From NCBI RefSeq assembly GCF_009931435.1, contig NZ_CP043414.1: DNA of 64,000 bases. One strand, written 5' to 3'. Below the pieces are notes generated by a model. That model was not told where the DNA came from. It did no database searches and saw nothing but the letters and a program-made list of their open reading frames with translations. Of this stretch, positions 57,526 through 64,000 are shown piece by piece. Positions within the stretch are counted from its first letter, which is position 1. Each line of letters opens with the position of its first letter. This stretch comes from Escherichia coli. Lineage in GTDB: Bacteria; Pseudomonadota; Gammaproteobacteria; Enterobacterales; Enterobacteriaceae. A program made the translations under genes and the position numbers.

Positions 57526-58752
57526 ATGAATTACGAATTACTGACCACTGAAAATGTCCCGGTAAAAATGTGGACCAAAGGCGTACCGGTAGAAGACGAT
57601 GCGCGTCAGCAACTTATTAATACGGCGAAGATGACGTTTATTTTCAAACATATTGCGGTAATGCCTGATGTACATCTGGGTAAAGGTTCCACCATTGGTA
57701 GCGTTATCCCGACCAAAGGGGCGATTATTCCGGCGGCGGTGGGGGTAGATATCGGTTGTGGAATGAACGCACTGCGAACTGCGTTAACGGCGGCAGATCT
57801 GCCTGAAAACCTGGCGGAGCTGCGTCAGGCGATTGAAACTGCCGTGCCGCACGGACGTTCCAATAATCGTAGCCGTCGTGATAAAGGCGCATGGGAGAAT
57901 CCGCCTGTTAACGTCGATGCGAAATGGGCTGAGCTTGAAGCCGGTTATCAGTGGTTAACGCAAAAATATCCGCGTTTCCTTAATACCAATAACTATAAAC
58001 ACCTGGGAACGCTGGGAACGGGAAACCACTTTATTGAAATCTGCCTTGATGAGTCGGATCAGGTGTGGATTATGCTGCACTCCGGTTCACGCGGAATTGG
58101 TAATGCCATCGGGACTTACTTTATCGATCTGGCACAAAAAGAGATGCAGGAAACGCTTGAAACGTTGCCATCGCGTGACCTGGCGTACTTTATGGAAGGT
58201 ACGGAATACTTTGATGATTACCTGAAAGCGGTGGCCTGGGCGCAGCTTTTTGCCAGCCTTAACCGCGATGCGATGATGGAAAATGTGGTAACGGCGTTGC
58301 AGAGCGTTACGCAGAAAACGGTAAGACAGCCACAAACGCTGGCGATGGAAGAGATCAACTGTCACCACAACTATGTGCAAAAAGAACAGCACTTTGGCGA
58401 AGAGATCTATGTGACGCGTAAAGGCGCGGTGTCTGCGCGTGCTGGTCAATATGGAATTATTCCCGGTTCGATGGGGGCGAAAAGCTTTATTGTCCGTGGG
58501 CTGGGAAATGAAGAGTCGTTCTGTTCGTGCAGCCACGGTGCCGGGCGGGTAATGAGCCGTACTAAAGCGAAAAAACTGTTCAGCGTGGAAGATCAAATTC
58601 GTGCCACCGCGCATGTGGAATGCCGTAAAGATGCCGAAGTGATCGACGAAATCCCGATGGCGTATAAAGATATCGACGCGGTGATGGCGGCACAAAGCGA
58701 TCTGGTGGAAGTTATCTACACCCTGCGTCAGGTGGTGTGTGTAAAAGGATAA
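57526..58752 (+). CDS. rtcB: RNA-splicing ligase RtcB
   Basis: 408-aa ORF matching RtcB. Confidence 0.95.
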   Translation: MNYELLTTENVPVKMWTKGVPVEDDARQQLINTAKMTFIFKHIAVMPDVHLGKGSTIGSVIPTKGAIIPAAVGVDIGCGMNALRTALTAADLPENLAELRQAIETAVPHGRSNNRSRRDKGAWENPPVNVDAKWAELEAGYQWLTQKYPRFLNTNNYKHLGTLGTGNHFIEICLDESDQVWIMLHSGSRGIGNAIGTYFIDLAQKEMQETLETLPSRDLAYFMEGTEYFDDYLKAVAWAQLFASLNRDAMMENVVTALQSVTQKTVRQPQTLAMEEINCHHNYVQKEQHFGEEIYVTRKGAVSARAGQYGIIPGSMGAKSFIVRGLGNEESFCSCSHGAGRVMSRTKAKKLFSVEDQIRATAHVECRKDAEVIDEIPMAYKDIDAVMAAQSDLVEVIYTLRQVVCVKG

Positions 58753-59772
<1,020 letters not shown>

Positions 59773-59784
59773 TATAAAGATGTA

Positions 59785-59810
59785 AGCCGGATCCGACGTA
59801 TTATCCGGCT
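59785..59810. terminator. hairpin between convergent rtcA and malT
   Basis: AGCCGGAT-10 nt loop-ATCCGGCT, 8-bp stem, in the 42-bp gap. Confidence 0.6.
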
Positions 59811-59814
59811 AAAC

Positions 59815-62526
<2,712 letters not shown>

Positions 62527-62642
62527 TCACTTCACTGTGGAAAATGAGGAAATATTATTTTTTTTGCGCTTCGTAATTAATGGTTATAAGGTCGGCCAGA
62601 AACCCTTCTAATGCAAGCGATGACGTTTTTTTATGTGTCTGA

Positions 62643-62662
62643 ATTTGCACTGTGTCACAATT
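62643..62662 (-). promoter_or_regulatory. possible CRP site upstream of malT
   Basis: ATTTGCACTGTGTCACAATT contains a good TCACA half-site and a degenerate partner, about 125 bp upstream of the malT ATG. Confidence 0.4.
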
Positions 62663-63030
62663 CCAAATGTTTATTAACAACTCACCTAATAACGACGCTG
62701 ATGCAGCGTGAATACTGGGTTTTACGGTATTTTCCTCATGTTCATCAGTTTCATTTAAGCAAGGGAGTCTTCTCAATTCCTGATGAAAGAGCCATCTAAA
62801 AAGAGGATCTTAATAAACCTATTAAGAATGAGATGGAGCAAACTGAATGTTTTACTTATGAAACTGTTTCACTCCTTTACTTAATTTATAGAGTTACCTT
62901 CCGCCTTTTGAAAATACACAACGGCCATTTTTTGCACTTAGATACAGATTTTCTGCGCTGTATGGCATTGATTTGCTGCTAATCCTGTGGATTGCACTAG
63001 GTTTAAGTGGTCGAGATCACATTTCCTTGC

Positions 63031-63072
63031 TCATCCCCGCAACTCCTCCCTGCCTAATCCCCCGCAGGATGA
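63031..63072 (+). promoter_or_regulatory. MalT boxes of the malPQ promoter
   Basis: Three GGA(T/G)GA hexamers: TCATCC (63031-63036, inverted), TCCTCC (63044-63049, inverted) and GGATGA (63067-63072), 70-115 bp upstream of malP. Confidence 0.7.
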
Positions 63073-63119
63073 GGAAGGTCAACATCGAGCCTGGCAAACT
63101 AGCGATAACGTTGTGTTGA

Positions 63120-64000
<881 letters not shown>

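Noticed and set aside
62555-62776. 73-aa ORF in the malT-malP divergent control region
   Set aside because: Lies in AT-rich promoter DNA holding the malT promoter and leader; no SD; composition typical of non-coding sequence.

Overview
This window is a contiguous stretch of Escherichia coli chromosome, running from the 5' part of nikB to the 5' part of malP. Gene order is nikBA, acpT, yhhT, yhhS, dcrB, yhhQ, tusA, zntA, yhhNML, rsmD, ftsYEX, rpoH, livJ, panM, livKHMGF, ugpBAECQ, yhhA, ggt, yhhY, ryhB, yhhX, yhhW, gntRKU, yhgN, asd, glgBXCAP, a three-gene cluster, glpD, glpEGR, rtcR, rtcBA, malT, malP. Gene identities rest on reading the translated ORFs against recalled E. coli proteins; no search was run. 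Almost all of it is conserved core genome with known operators, promoters, terminators and REP/BIME repeats. Three things stand out against my recollection of K-12: (1) the glgP-glpD gap holds an intact three-gene cluster encoding two paralogous PstS-family binding domains and two paralogous membrane modules with no ABC transporter partners, which is the best candidate for an undescribed system; (2) yhhW carries an in-frame TGA at codon 21; (3) the yhhZ-yrhA-IS1-yrhB segment is absent between ggt and yhhY. No rRNA, tRNA, CRISPR array, IS element or prophage gene was seen. ORF-track starts shown as M are sometimes GTG or TTG; several starts were moved to the internal ATG matching the known protein.
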